Source: Squalus acanthias (Eukaryota). From it: a stretch of 64,000 nt of DNA. Positions 34,494 to 47,300 of the stretch are shown here, piece by piece. The notes under the pieces were generated by a model that saw only the letters and a list, made by a program, of their open reading frames with translations, was not told the origin of the DNA and ran no database searches. Location of the stretch: contig CM059432.1 of NCBI GenBank assembly GCA_030390025.1, positions 29,266,001-29,330,000 of the forward strand. The letters are read 5' to 3'. Both the position numbers and the translations under genes were made by a program. The first letter of the stretch is position 1; each line of letters begins with the position of its first letter.

Positions 34494-35776
34494 GGGGGAG
34501 AAATTCGGTATCGCCCCTTTTGGGGCGCAATTATCGGCCGGGCGCAAAGTTTAGTGCCTGGCACTAATTATCGCCTCCAACTGAAAACTTGGCTTCTATC
34601 GCCCCTGGAGGTGATTGGAGCGCTAAATCAGGCGCTACACACCTCTCTTAAGGCGCTAACGCCGAGGAGCGAGGCGCTACCACAGAGCGCTGGCGAAGCT
34701 CAGGTGATGTCAGTTAGCAATGGAACACAGACACACTGGCGCCGGCCAGTTCTTAAAGGGAAGGGTCGATCTTGCTCTCCAGCCACACCCTGCTCATTGC
34801 AGCCTTCAATCTCAGCCTGGACAGAACTGAACTTGAATTCTGCTGCAAAGAAGAATGGAGAGGCCCAGGGAACGAGCTCAGCACTTCAGCGACCGGGCCT
34901 TGTTGGCTCTGGTTGGCACAGTGGAGCGCCGAAGATCAGTACTCTACCCACAGAGTGGCAGGAGGCCATTACCACACGATTATAGAAGAGTGTGGATGGA
35001 GGTGGCTCAGCACGTCTCCTCCAGGAGCATGGTGCCCAGGACCCACACCCAATGTCGGAAGAAGTTCAACGACCTCACTCGGGTGGTCAGGGTGAGTGGC
35101 TGCTTTTCAATACCTCTACATCCCTCCATCTCAACTTCACTCTGTGCCCAGAAGATTTAAAAACCCCAAATGCCCAACACTCATCCAAGACCTATGGCCA
35201 TCTCATAAAACACACACGCACATTCCACACCTTGCATACATTAAGGGCTATTCAACTATGGGAGGCACATCAGGCAAGCACATGGCTGCATTTTTACTCA
35301 GACGCTGTCCTTTTTCTTGCAGGCCAAGCTGTCTCACAACAGGTGGCAGCAGCAACGGACGGGTGGACAGACGGGTGGAGGGCCGGCTGAGCTGCAGACC
35401 CTCAGCGATTTGGAGGCGCGCGTCCACAGGATTGTTGCCAGCCAGGTGATAGGTGCCGTGGACGCTGGAGAGGTCGACCCCCTTGGGGACAGCAATGATA
35501 AGTTCATCAGCTTTCTCCCCTCTCTCATTCCACTTGCCCCTCACAACACCAGCCTTTTACACTTCCAATCCAACTTACTAAATGTCTCCAGTCCTTGCTC
35601 CCTTACTGCCCCCCTGTCCTGACGCTAAAGCCACTCTTGTACCTCCCTGCTTTCAGACTGTGAACCACCAGCTGAGCAGCCTGTCCCTCAACCAAGCAGT
35701 GGGAGCGACAGCACAGGCGAGGAGGAAGAGGAAGCCGGAGCTGGAGGTGCTAATCAACCGAATTTCCCCCCCCCCC
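34494..35776 (+). mobile_element. Non-autonomous Harbinger carrying only the Myb/SANT gene
   Basis: TIRs gggggagaaatt and aatttccccccc, enclosing a spliced Myb/SANT-like ORF. Confidence 0.8.
34855..35091 (+). CDS. Myb/SANT-like DNA-binding domain, exon 1 (exon 2 from 35323)
   Basis: MERPRERAQHFSDRALLALV...WMEVAQHV...RTHTQCRKKFNDL. Donor GTGAGT at 35092 and acceptor ttttcttgcAG at 35322, continuing in frame as AKLSHNRWQQQRTGG. Confidence 0.8.
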
Positions 35777-36379
35777 CTGTGAAGCGTCTTGGGACGTTTT
35801 ACTACGTTAAAGGTGCTACATAAATACAAGTTGTTGTTGTTGTTTCTGCGAGATACGATAAGGCTGTATATGAATGCAAGTCTTTCTCTTTTTCCTTTTG
35901 ACTGATGCCATAAAGGGGAGCATGCAACGGCTGAAGTAATTTTTTTCCCTTCCTCTTTGCAGCACACTGGGACAGTCTAAACACTACCTCAAGGTGCCTC
36001 ATTAATCTAATCATCAATCCAGTAACAGCTACTTAATAAATGTGCTCTACAGTTCATGCTTCCTCATCTACCAGCTCAGCAAATAAACTCACTTTGTTAC
36101 AGCATAAACCTAGCACCGGTGACACTCAAATAGCCTTTCTCTCCTGTCAAGTGGCTCATTGATTTTCCTTTGTGTAGTAATCCTCGGAGCTGTAGAATGA
36201 TCTAAGTCATTTACTCAGCCTCTGCTGCTAAAGAGCCTCTGTGATAAACAAGCTCCGCTCACTAGGGAGGGATGGAACACTCCACAAAGCGTCTAAACAA
36301 AAGTGCAGCTCAGACTCATGCAACCAAAAGTTAACATCGAAAACATGAAGACAGAACCAGCGTTAGAGCACAGCCACCC

Positions 36380-36915
36380 CAATATCATGTACAAACTGGT
36401 GCACGAGAGACTTTATCCGTCACGTAGAGTCTGCCCTATCCCAGACTCTACTCACCATGTAAATCTACTGTATCACATATAGTACTCAGCATGCGTAATA
36501 TGCCCCATCAGATTCTAACCACCATGTACAATCTAACCATTCACAAACTCTGCCAACCATCAACCCTATCACAGACTCTGCCCAATATACAATCTATATA
36601 TCACAGACTCCATACAATTTATCCTATCACGAACACTATCCACCATGTACAATCTGCCCAATCTCAGACTCTACCCAATATATAATCTACTGTATCACAA
36701 ACTCTGCTCACCAAGTACAATCTCTTCTCTATCATGAACTCTACCCACCTTGTACAATCTGCCCTATCACAAACTCCATCTGCCATGTACAGTCTGCCCC
36801 ATCAAGGACAGTACCCACAATGTTCAATCTGCCCTATCTCAGACTCTGCCAACCATGTATAATTCACCCCATCACAAACTCTATCCAGCATGTACAAGGT
36901 GTCCTATCAGACTCC
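36380..36915 (+). repeat. Degenerate ~35-bp tandem repeat
   Basis: Unit approximately accatgtacaatctgccctatcacagactctaccc. Confidence 0.8.
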
Positions 36916-36919
36916 ACTC

Positions 36920-37390
36920 ATTAGTAAAGACTGTTGCAAAGGACTTATTAAATACCTCCACCATGTTTTGATCTACAAATTGACATTCCTTTCCTCTCAA
37001 GTGTCCCACTTTTATGTTAACAATTCTCTTTTTACTGATATACTTGTAGAATACTTGACTGTTCCTTTTGAAGTTTTTGGATTTTTTTTTTCTCATACTC
37101 CCTTTTTGCTTTCATTATCCCGCTCTAAACCTTGTCTTATTTTCTCTAAGGAAAATATGAGAAAATAAATGAAAAGGTTAAGAGGGGGTTAAGGAAAGCT
37201 AAGAGGGAGTAAGAGGGAATTAAAAAAAAATATCAAAAGCAACAGTAAAGTCTTTTACAAGTATATGAGTAAAAAGAGAATTGTTAAAAGCACAGTGGGA
37301 CCCTTGAGAGGAGAGGAATATCAAGTCGTAGTTGATGATCTAAAAATGGCAGAGAAATTTAATAAATACTTGTATCAGTCTTTATAAAGA
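36920..37390. repeat. Degenerate fold-back (inverted duplication) of a CR1 ORF2 segment
   Basis: The left arm on - reads NFKRNSQVFYKYISKKRIV; the right arm on + reads NIKSNSKVFYKYMSKKRIV. The centre is at ~37150. Confidence 0.75.
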
Positions 37391-37499
37391 GACGGATATG
37401 GGGGAGGGGGTGAATTCTGAAGTGGTTGAGAGCGAGATGAGATATATTATGATAGATAAAAGGACAATTTTAGATAGGTTAGTTAGGCCTATCCTAGAA

Positions 37500-37765
37500 G
37501 ATTAAGGGCAGTAGGTGCATGGGACCACCATCACCTCCAAGTTAACCTACAGTCACACACCATCCCAACTTTGACATATATCGCCATTCCTTCATTGTCA
37601 CTGGGCCAAACTCTTGGAACTCCCTACCTAACAGCATTGTAGGAGCACCTTCGCCAAGCGGATTCCAGCGCTTCATAATGTGATCAACCACCACCTTCTT
37701 TGGGCAATTAAGGATTAGGCAATAAATGCCAGCATTGCCAGCAACACCGACGAGAATGAGTAATA
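37500..37765 (+). mobile_element. LINE 3' tail fragment (family of 1108-3608)
   Basis: gcagtaggtgcatgggaccaccatcacctccaagtt...ggcaataaatgccagc matches 3355-3590. Confidence 0.8.
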
Positions 37766-37992
37766 ATCATTTTAAAAATCTTTAATCCCATTCCTACCAA
37801 GACAGCTCTGCACCTCCTTTTGTTTTTCTCAGCTTCAATTGCATTTGTGGGGAGTCTGATCCACAGAGCCACTGATCTGTGGGGGGAGGGTACAAAATGA
37901 AGACTTCAACTTTCTTCCTCGATGTGACAGTTGGTCCACAGCCTCATATGAAATGAGTTTATAGATATGGGCCTGGGCTAAAATCCGATATC

Positions 37993-38406
37993 GGGTACGG
38001 TAGTGTAATGGTTAACGTACTGGTCTAGTAATCCAGATGAATGCAAATTCAAATCCCACCATGCCTGTTTGAGAACAAAATCCAGAAAAAAAATCTGGCA
38101 TTACTAAAAGTGACCATTAAGCTGTCGGACTGTAGTAAAAATCCAACTGGTTCATGTCCTTCACGGAAAGAAACCAAGAAATCCTTACCTGGTCTGGCCT
38201 GTATGTGACTCCAGTCCTACGCCAACATGATTGTCCCTTAACTGCCCTCTGAAGTGGCCCAGCAAACCACTCAGTTGTATCAAAACAAACACTACAAGCA
38301 ATTCAAGAAGAAGGCCCACCACCACCTTCACAAGGGCAACTAGGGATGGACAATAAATGCTGGCCTTGCCAGTGATGCCCACATCCAAAGAATGAATAAC
38401 AAAAAG
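37993..38406 (+). mobile_element. tRNA-derived SINE sharing its 3' tail with the LINE at 1108-3608
   Basis: A-box-like tagtgtaatgg and B-box-like attcaaatccc, with tail caagggcaactagggatggacaataaatgctggccttg. Confidence 0.8.
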
Positions 38407-38529
38407 TAAGACAGCTTTTTTGGACAGCTGTACTGAGTTATCACTCCTTAGTTACTATTTAGTGAAGCCTACTGGGATATTGGGTGTGGGAAAGATTGCG
38501 CTCCGCTGCAATGGAACCCTCTATGACAA

Positions 38530-38990
38530 CAAGTCACATTCCTAATGGCACCTTTAATGGAGAAAAACACACCAAAGAGCAGACCAGATTAGTAGATATA
38601 GGGTTGCTGAAGAACCTACCAAACCGGTTTTGAGGAGGATTTAGAAGGTGGGGATAGATGCAGCAAAGGGTTTAAGGAGGGAGTTCCAAATACTTGTGGG
38701 CCAGATGCCTGAAGTATGAATTTAGGGCAGGACAAATTGTCCAGAGGTGGTAGAACAGTGAGTGCGCGTAACGATGCAGGTCTGGTAAAGGTTGTAACGT
38801 TAGGGCCTTTGAAGGATTCAAAAACAAGAGTGAGGATTCTGAAATTGATGTGCTGAGAAAGAGGGAACCAGTGGATCTCGGCAAAGACCAGGCTGGCAAG
38901 GAGTGGGACAGAATGTGGGGCACTGGAAGCTCTGGATGGGTCTGGAGGTGACAATGGCATGGATGAAGGTTTGTACTCTTCATCAGAACT
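38530..38990 (-). mobile_element. Old L2 fragment
   Basis: Translation AEIHWFPLSQHINFRILTLVFESFKG. Confidence 0.7.
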
Positions 38991-40007
38991 GAAGATAAAC
39001 AAGGGTTTTAGCAAGATTGGAAAAACAGAAAGAAATGGGGGGAATGTAGAAGGGAAAGGGGAGAGAACCAACAGCTATACTAATCACATAGAGGGTGTTC
39101 ATGTGTTAAACAACCTGCAAATTTGCTTAATAGAAAACAGGTGATACAAAAGATCATCAGGGAGATAGTGCAGAGATGCAGAAAGAGTTAACAGAATGTG
39201 AAAATAGTGTTGATGGGTGAGAAGGGACAGGAGAGGTCCATGTGCAGAAGAGCATGAGAAATAACAAAAAGCAAATAGAGTGTACTAGCTCAGAGGAGGC
39301 AGACAGGAGTGTTTGGGGTCTGGACAGTGGTGTAGCAGGAGGTAAATGGACTCATGTTCCATTTCCTGCTGTTGCATGGGGGAAAGTCCTGGGGAATGAA
39401 AGCTGTCCAGTTCATCTGAACCATGCTTTGCCTTGGTTGGTGCTTTCACTGGGTTCAAAGTAAAAAATGCTGTGTTCTCTCCAGCACTGACATCAGCAGG
39501 GAACAAACACAGTTAAGCCCTCTCAAGAGAAGGCTGATCCTTTCAACAGAAAGCACACTGCTGAATGTTATGTGTGTATAGAATTGGTTTTGAATCAGAC
39601 TGAGGAGTCTTTGGCCCTGACATCTGGGCTTGGGAACCTCATTTTGTCTCATTTTATAACTGTCAGACATTCTACCGGGAGTGGAGCCTGATGCAAAAAA
39701 GCACCCGTAACTTCCTCACAGATAGAAAGAAATGACAGGATAATGATGCAATGACATTATTCGTCATAAACAATGTCATTTCTACCTTACCAAAGGCCCT
39801 CACAAATAGTCTTGAAAAAAGCAGGTGTGCCAGGACCAGCAGAGGTGGTCTCTTAAAGCGATAACACTCTTAAAGGGGCAACTAAGATTGTATTTTGACT
39901 GTCTTTTGGCTATCTCTTGTATTGGGAGCTGATTGAAAACATTTTGTTTTAGGTCAGCTGAAGCCTTGGGGCTTGAAGTTCCGGGGGCTACGGAGAGTGG
40001 AGAGAGA

Positions 40008-40452
40008 AAGAAAGAAAGATAGACTTGCATTTATATAGCGCCTTTCATGACCTTAGGACATCCCAAAGCGCTTTACAGCCAATGAAGTACTTTTGAAGTG
40101 TAGTCACTGTTGTAATGTAGGAAACGCGGCAGCCAATTTGCGCACAGCAAGCTCCCACAAACAGCAATGTGATAATGACCAGATAATCTGTTCTTTTTTG
40201 TGATGTTGATTGAGGGAAAAGTATTGGCCAGGACACTGGGGCTAACTCCCCTGCTCGTCTTCGAAATAGTGCCATGGGATCTTTTACATCCACCTGAGAG
40301 AACAGACGGACTCATTGACATCAGTTTAACATCTCATTGAAAAGACAGCACCTCCAACAGGGATTTTTTTGTGCTCAAGTCTCATGGAGTAGGACTTAAA
40401 CCCACAACCTTCTGACACAGAGGTGCGAGTGCTACCAACTGAGCCACAGCTC
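40008..40452 (-). mobile_element. SacSINE1-like Deu-SINE, near full length
   Basis: (gaaa)n tail, Deu-domain gccatgggatcttttacatccacctgagag, and a tRNA-like head (reverse complement gctgtggctcagttggtagcac). Confidence 0.88.
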
Positions 40453-41557
40453 AAATACTAATCTGTATTTTCTCTTCCAGGTGCTGAGTAACCCTCTGGT
40501 CAGTTCTGCTTTTATTTCAGATTTCCAACATTCACGTCACTTTCCCAGAATGAATGTCAATCTGTCAAAGTGGATGTGAACCAGGGGAGGTCATCCAACA
40601 TTATTTAAATCCTGAATATTTACAACCCTATCCGAGAGGATCAAATAAACTGCCAGAGTTTCCAACACAATAGGGTCCCGTTTAGCCCATCGACCTGTCT
40701 GCGGGTCCTGTATTCGGAGGGAGTACAGATTAATAACGAGCTTTAACTGCTGCAGGGGACCCTCGGGGTTTTTACTCCCTGTAACAAAAGGTCAACATAT
40801 GGCATAAACTAAGGTCAAACACCCAGAGTGACCGATCTGTACGGGCTCGCACTGTGTATTAACTCAGCTACACCCGGTGGGGCGGGGGGGGGGTGGGGTC
40901 CTGACCCACGCCCCGAGGGGAGAATCCTGACCCCCATGCCTCAAGGGGGTCTTGATCCCCACGCCTCGTGGGGTCCTGACTCCACGGCCCGGGGAGTCTC
41001 AATTCCCACTAAATAGATAACTTGCCCGGGGCAATGATTTCCAAATTGTTTGCCAACAGAATCTGCCTTGCGGTAGGTTTACAGAGGGTGAACTTCCCAC
41101 TGGTAGGAGGGAGCACCTGAATTGATGCAGAACCCAGGTGCAACAGGTTTCCGCCATGTACAAAAAGTGCTGGAAATGTCAGTTGCACTTGATAGGACAA
41201 CTCTTCTTCCCAGCCGCCTACATCAAGCGTGCATATCTGGGGAATTCCTGGGCTCCATGAGAATTATTCTGCTTATACCCCTATTGGGCTCAACAGTTCA
41301 AGGCCTAGTGAAAACCCCAAAAGTTATTAGGGCTAAGGTAATCAATCTCTTAGCAGTATTTTAACACCTCCTTCTCTTCAACTCTTCCTAGGTATCCATT
41401 CTGCCCTTGGACTGGTATGGCACCACTCCAATTTTCCTGGCTACTGTCAGGGCAAGTGTCTATCTGATGCCCACCTCAATCATATTGATGCCCTCATCCA
41501 TGCAATTTGGACCGAGATCTACAGTGGGCCCCATAGGTGGGTGGAGCGTGACTCCTG

Positions 41558-42254
41558 GGCCTCGAAATTGGCCTCGTTAGCGCCTCCCGTTATTGCCTCC
41601 GGGGGCGATAATGGGGCGCTAACCACTTACCGCCCGGGCGTGGCGAGAATTCAGTGGGAGGTTTGCGGCGGCGGTATGGTGGCATTGCACCACGATCTCC
41701 TTCACCCAGAGATCGTGACGTCATGTGCGTGCGCATCACCCCGGTAGCGCCCCGAACTCCAATTTCACGCCCTGCAGCATCGCCAGGCGAAAACACCGGC
41801 AGCTGCAGGAGGCATTCATCGGGAGGCCGGGCGCTTCGGGGGCGATACTTAAAGGCGAGGTGGCCGAGGTAGGGAAAAAAATACTGAAATGCTAGTTCTC
41901 TTTTTTTAGCTTTTTCCCCAGCGCTTGATCAGCCCGGCACTCTGCTGCAGTGTATCAGGCTGATCGAGCCGGATCGCGGCTGCCGTGGGGGACCAGGTAA
42001 GTTTTCCCCTTGCAGAGCCTGCAGCGATGGCCCCTCCCTTTAAGGGAGGAAAGGAGCCTTCCAACGCAGCAGCGCTGCACAGCCCAGTGTGCAGCGCTGC
42101 ACACCTACCGCCCTGCCTGCTGCCTGTTGCGCTCCAGGAAGGTAGTGGAGCGCTTGATTTAGCGTTCCACTTCCTTCCTAGAGCGCAAACCCCAAATTTT
42201 TTAAAAGTTGGAAAGCGTTATTGCTCCAAATGGGCACTCCCGAATTTCTCCCCC
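41558..42254. mobile_element. GC-rich Harbinger-type MITE, inverted relative of 7309-7988
   Basis: TIR-like ends ggcctcgaaatt and aatttctccccc. Internal cagcgctgcacagcccagtgt is the reverse complement of ~7497-7517. Confidence 0.78.
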
Positions 42255-42959
42255 ATTGTATTCCCAATGGGTACCTCATTACACGTTCTGCACCTGCTGG
42301 AGGAAGAAGAGGTGGAGGAGGCACTAAGGCAAGCCAGGCATATCTAGCAGCATCAGAAGTGACTGAGACCTTGCCAGTAGTACCCTGCCACTAGGCTCTT
42401 TTGTTTCTTCTGGAGCATTGTGCACGAGAAAGCTCTGATTCAGCAGAGAAGCCCTTGAGAGAGAAAGAAAGAAAGAAAGACTTGCATTTCTATAGCGCCT
42501 TTTATGACCACCGGATATCTCAAAGTGCTTTACAGACAATGAAGTACTTTTGAAGTGGAGTCACTGTTGTAATTGAGCTGTACCTCAAGTTCCAGCCAGA
42601 CTTCCAGCTTGCCTCAACCACAAGGACCACTTTGATCGTGGCAATAAAACTGGCAATGAACTTTAATTTCTTCACTATGGCTATTTCTGCACCAAAAGTC
42701 AGTTCATTTCTTCACACAAAGGGTAGTAGAAATCTGGAATTCGCTCCCCCAAAAGAGTGTGGATGCTGGGTCAATTACAATTTCAAGACTCAACCTAACG
42801 CCAGTGGTGGGGAAACTTCTAGCGACCATGGGGGTCAATGTTAACCCTCGTCGCCCAGTGAGAATGGTGCGTGGGAGGGGTTAAGATAAGGCTGAGTCTA
42901 TTAACCGGCCTGAGGCCACACCATTCCCGCCAAGTGACGTGTTGTCTTCACCAACTTTG

Positions 42960-43660
42960 GGGGGTACACGAATACCCAAACTTGGAGGAACGCAGAATTC
43001 GCGGAGGGTTGTAAGGCTGGAGGAGGGTACAGAGATCGGCTGGGGCGAGGCCATGGAAGGATTGGAACAGGAGGATGAAAATATAGGTCAGCGAGCACTG
43101 GGTTGATGGGTGAATGAGATTTGGTGTGAAGTAGCATAAGGGCAGCAGAGTTTCGAATGAGCTCAAGTTTGCAGAGGGTGGAAGAGTGGAGGCCACCCAG
43201 GAGAGCATTGGATAGTCAAGTCTGGAGGTAACAAAAGCATGGATGAGGGTTTCAGATGGGCTGAGGCAGGATTGGAGATGGGCACTATAGAGATGGAATT
43301 AGACGGTCTTTGTGATGGAGAGGATATGTGGTCAGAAGTTCAGCTCAGGGCCAAATAGGCTGGCGAGGTTGCGAAAGTCAGGTTCAGCCTGAGATAGTGG
43401 CCAGGGAGGGGTATGAAATTGCTGGCACAGGAACAGAGTTTGTGGCGGGGAGCAAATGGCTCCAATCTTCTCAATGCTTAATTGGAGGAGATTTTGGCTC
43501 ATCCAGGACTGGATGTCGGATAAGCAGTTTAATAACACCAAGGCAGTGGAGGGCTAGAGAGGTGGTGGTGAGGTAGAACTGTGTGCCGTCAGCATATATG
43601 TGGAACCTGACGTGGTGTTTTTGAAAGATGTCACCAAGGGGCAGCATGTAGATGAGAAAT
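42960..43660 (-). mobile_element. L2 LINE fragment
   Basis: Translation LNCLSDIQSWMSQNLLQLSIEK. Homologous to 9300-9826. Confidence 0.82.
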
Positions 43661-44340
43661 CATTCAGTGTGCTTAAAATGTTCATCACTTAGTCTATTTG
43701 ATGCATTTGTCACTCAGTCTGTTTATAATACTGATCACTCAATCTGCTTCACGTATGTGTCGCTCAGTCGATTTAAAGTACTGGTGAATCAGTCAGTTTA
43801 AAATACTCCTTACACTATCTATTTAAAATAATCGTCAATCAGTCTGCTTAAAGTACTTGTCATGCAGGTTGTTTAATATACTCATCACTGACTATTTAAA
43901 ATACTCGTTCTGTTTCAAATATGTGTCTCAGTCTGTTCAATATATTCGTTATGCAGTCTGCTTATAATACTGACCGTGTCAAACTCTCATCACATAATTA
44001 TATCAAATGCTTACCATAGTCAGTTTAAAATACCCGTTGCTCAGTTTACTTAGAGTACTTGTCCGTCAGTGGGATTTAAATACCAGTCACTCAGTCTGCT
44101 TAAAAAACTCAAACACAATCTATTTAAAAAACACATTACTCGGTTTATTTTAAAAATTGTCATTAAATCTATTTATATACTTTTCCCACCATCTGTTTAA
44201 ATGACACATTAATCAAACTGTGTACAATACTTGGCGCCAAAAATTGGCAATAATTCTGTATGTTCAAAATATTTGTAATTCAATTTCTTTAAAATATTCA
44301 TCACACACTATGTTCAAAATAGCATCAGACAATCTGTTCA
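43661..44340 (+). repeat. Degenerate ~24-bp edge zone of the satellite
   Basis: Recurrent cactcagtctgtttaaaatact-like units that grade into the array. Confidence 0.7.
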
Positions 44341-47300
44341 AAAAATTCTCATTCAATGTTCAAAATATCATCACTCAATCTGTTCAAACTCTCATCTTTC
44401 AATCTGCTCAAAATCTGATCACTCAATATTCAAAATATCATCACTCAATGTTCAAAATATCATCTCTCAATCTGTTCAAACTCTCATCTTTCAATCTGTT
44501 CAAAATATCATCACTCAATATTCAAAATAACATCACTCAATGTTCATAATATCATCTCTCAATGTTCAAAATATCATCACACAATCTGTACAAAATAAAA
44601 TCACTCAATGTTCAAAATATCATCAAGGTGGAAAATATCATCAATGTTCAAAATATCATCTCTCAATGTTCAAAATATCATCTCACAATCTTCAAAATAT
44701 CATCTCGCATTGTTCAAAATATCATAACTCAATGTTCAAAATAACATCACTCAATATTCAAAATAGCATTTCTCAATGTTCAAAATATCATCTCACAATC
44801 TTCAAAATATCATCTCGCATTGTTCAAAATATCATCACTCAATGTTCAAAATAACATCACTCAATATTCAAAATAGCATTTCTCAATGTTCAAAATATCA
44901 TCAATGTTCAAAATATCATCACACAATCTGTTCAAAATAACATTACTCAATGTTCAAAATATCATCAATGTGCAAAATATCATCAATATTCAAAATATCA
45001 TCTCTCAATGTTCAAAATATCATCAACGTTCACAATATCATCTCTCAAAGTTCAAAATGTTATCTCTCAATGTTCAAAATAACCTCAATGATCAAAATAT
45101 CATCTCTCAATGTTCACAATATCATCAATTTTCAAAATATCATCTCTCAATGTTCAAAATATCATCAAAGTTCAAAATTACATCACTCAATGTTCCAAAT
45201 ATCATCTCTCAATGTTCAAAATATGATCAAAGTTCAAAATATCATCTCTCAATGTTCAAAATATCATCTCTCAATGTTCAAAATATCATCTCTTAATGTT
45301 CACATCATCTCCCAATGTTCAAAATATCATCTCTCAATGTTCAAAATATCATCTCGCAATGTTCAAAATATCATCTCTCAATGTTCAAAATATCATCTCT
45401 TAATGTTCACATCATCTCCCAATGTTCAAAATATCATCTCTCAATGTTCAAAATATCATCTCGCAATGTTCAAAATATCAACTCTCAATGTTCAAAATAT
45501 CATCACACAATGTTCTAAAATATCATCTTTCAATGTTCAAAATATCATTTCTCAATGTTCAAAATATCATCTCTTAATGTTCACATCATCTCTCAATGTT
45601 CAAAATATCATCACTCAATGTTCAAAATATCATCACTCAATGTTCAAAATATCAACTCTCAATGTTCAAAATATCATCTCTTAATGTTCACATCATCTCT
45701 CAATGTTCAAAATATCATCTCTCAATGTTCAAAATATCAACTCTCAATGTTCAAAATGTGATCTCTCAATTTTCAAAATATCATCTCTCAATGTTCAAAA
45801 TATCATCTCTCAATGTTCAAAATATCATCTCAGTGTTCAAAATATCATCTCTCAATGTACAATATATTATCACTTAATGTTCAAAATATCATCTTTAAAT
45901 GGTCAAAATATCATCTCTTAATGTTCACAATATCATTTCTCAATGTTGAAAATATCATCTCTCAATGGTCAAAATATCATATCTCAATGTTCACAATATC
46001 ATCTCTCAATGTTCAAAATATCTTCAATGTTCAAAATATCATCTCTCAATGTTCAAAATAGCATAAATTTTCAAAATAACATCAATGTTAAAAATATCAG
46101 CTTTCAATGTTCACAATATCATCTCTCAATGTTCAAAATATCATCAATGTTCAAAATGCCATCTCGCAATGTTCAAAATATCATCAATGTACAAAATATC
46201 ATCTGTCAATGTTCAAAATATCATCAATGTTCAAAATATCATTACTCTGTTCAAAATAACATCTCTCAATGTTCAAAACATCATCTCTCAATGTTCAAAA
46301 CATCATCTCTCAAAGTTCACAATATCATCTCTCAATGTTCAAAATGTGATCTCTCAATGTTCAAAATGTGATCTCTCAATGTTCAAAATATCATCTCTCA
46401 ATGTTCAAAATATCATCTCTCAATGTTCAAAATATCATCTCTCAATGTTCAAAATATCATATCTCAATGTTCAAAATATCATCTCTCAATGTTCAAAATA
46501 TCAACTCTCAATGTTCAAAATGTGATCTCTCAATTTTCAAAATATCATCTCTCAATGTTCAAAATATCAACTCCTTAATGTTCACAATATCATCTCTCAA
46601 TGTTGAAAATATCATCTCTGAATGTTCAAAATATCATCTCTCAATGTTCAAAAAATCATCAATGTTCAAAATATCATCTCACAGTGTTCAAAATTTCATC
46701 TCTCAATGTACAAAATATTATCACTCAATGTTCAAAATATCATCTTTAAATGGTGAAAATATCATCTCTTAATGTTCACTATCATTTCTCAATGTTGAAA
46801 ATATCATCTCTCAATGTTCAAAATATCATCACTCAATGTTCAAAATATCATCTCTCAAAGTTCACAACATCATCTCTCAATGTTCAAAATATCATCTCTC
46901 AATGTTCAAAATGTGATCTCTAAATCTTCACAATATCATCTCTCAATGTTGAAAATATCATCTTTAAATGTTCAAAATGTCATCTCTTAATGTTCACAAT
47001 ATCATCTCTCAATGTTCCAAATATCATATCTCAATGTTCACAATATCTTCTCTCAATGTTCAAAATATCATCAATGTTCAAAATATCATCTCTCAGTGTT
47101 CAAAATAGCATAAATGTTCAAAATAACATCAATGTTAAAAATATCATCTTTCAATGTTCACAATATCATCTCTCAATGTTCAAAATATCATCAATGTTCA
47201 AAATGCCATCTCGCAAGGTTCAAAATATCATCAATGTACAAAATATCATCTGTCAATGTTCAAAATATCATCAATGTTCAAAATATCATCATTGTTCAAA

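Larger units (their letters stand above)
33921..35845 (+). mobile_element. L2 LINE 3' fragment interrupted by a Harbinger element; tail at 35778-35845
   Basis: LIHAFVTSSLDYSNALL and LADLHWLPVKQRLDFKIL, with a (ttg)n tail. Confidence 0.9.

Noticed and set aside
39791..39810. 20-nt minus-strand micro-exon (AG...GTAAGG)
   Set aside because: It is not frame-preserving and the tract is short, so it is too weak without transcript data.
40380..40452. tRNA gene
   Set aside because: The tRNA-like boxes are the head of a SINE, continuous with the SINE body.
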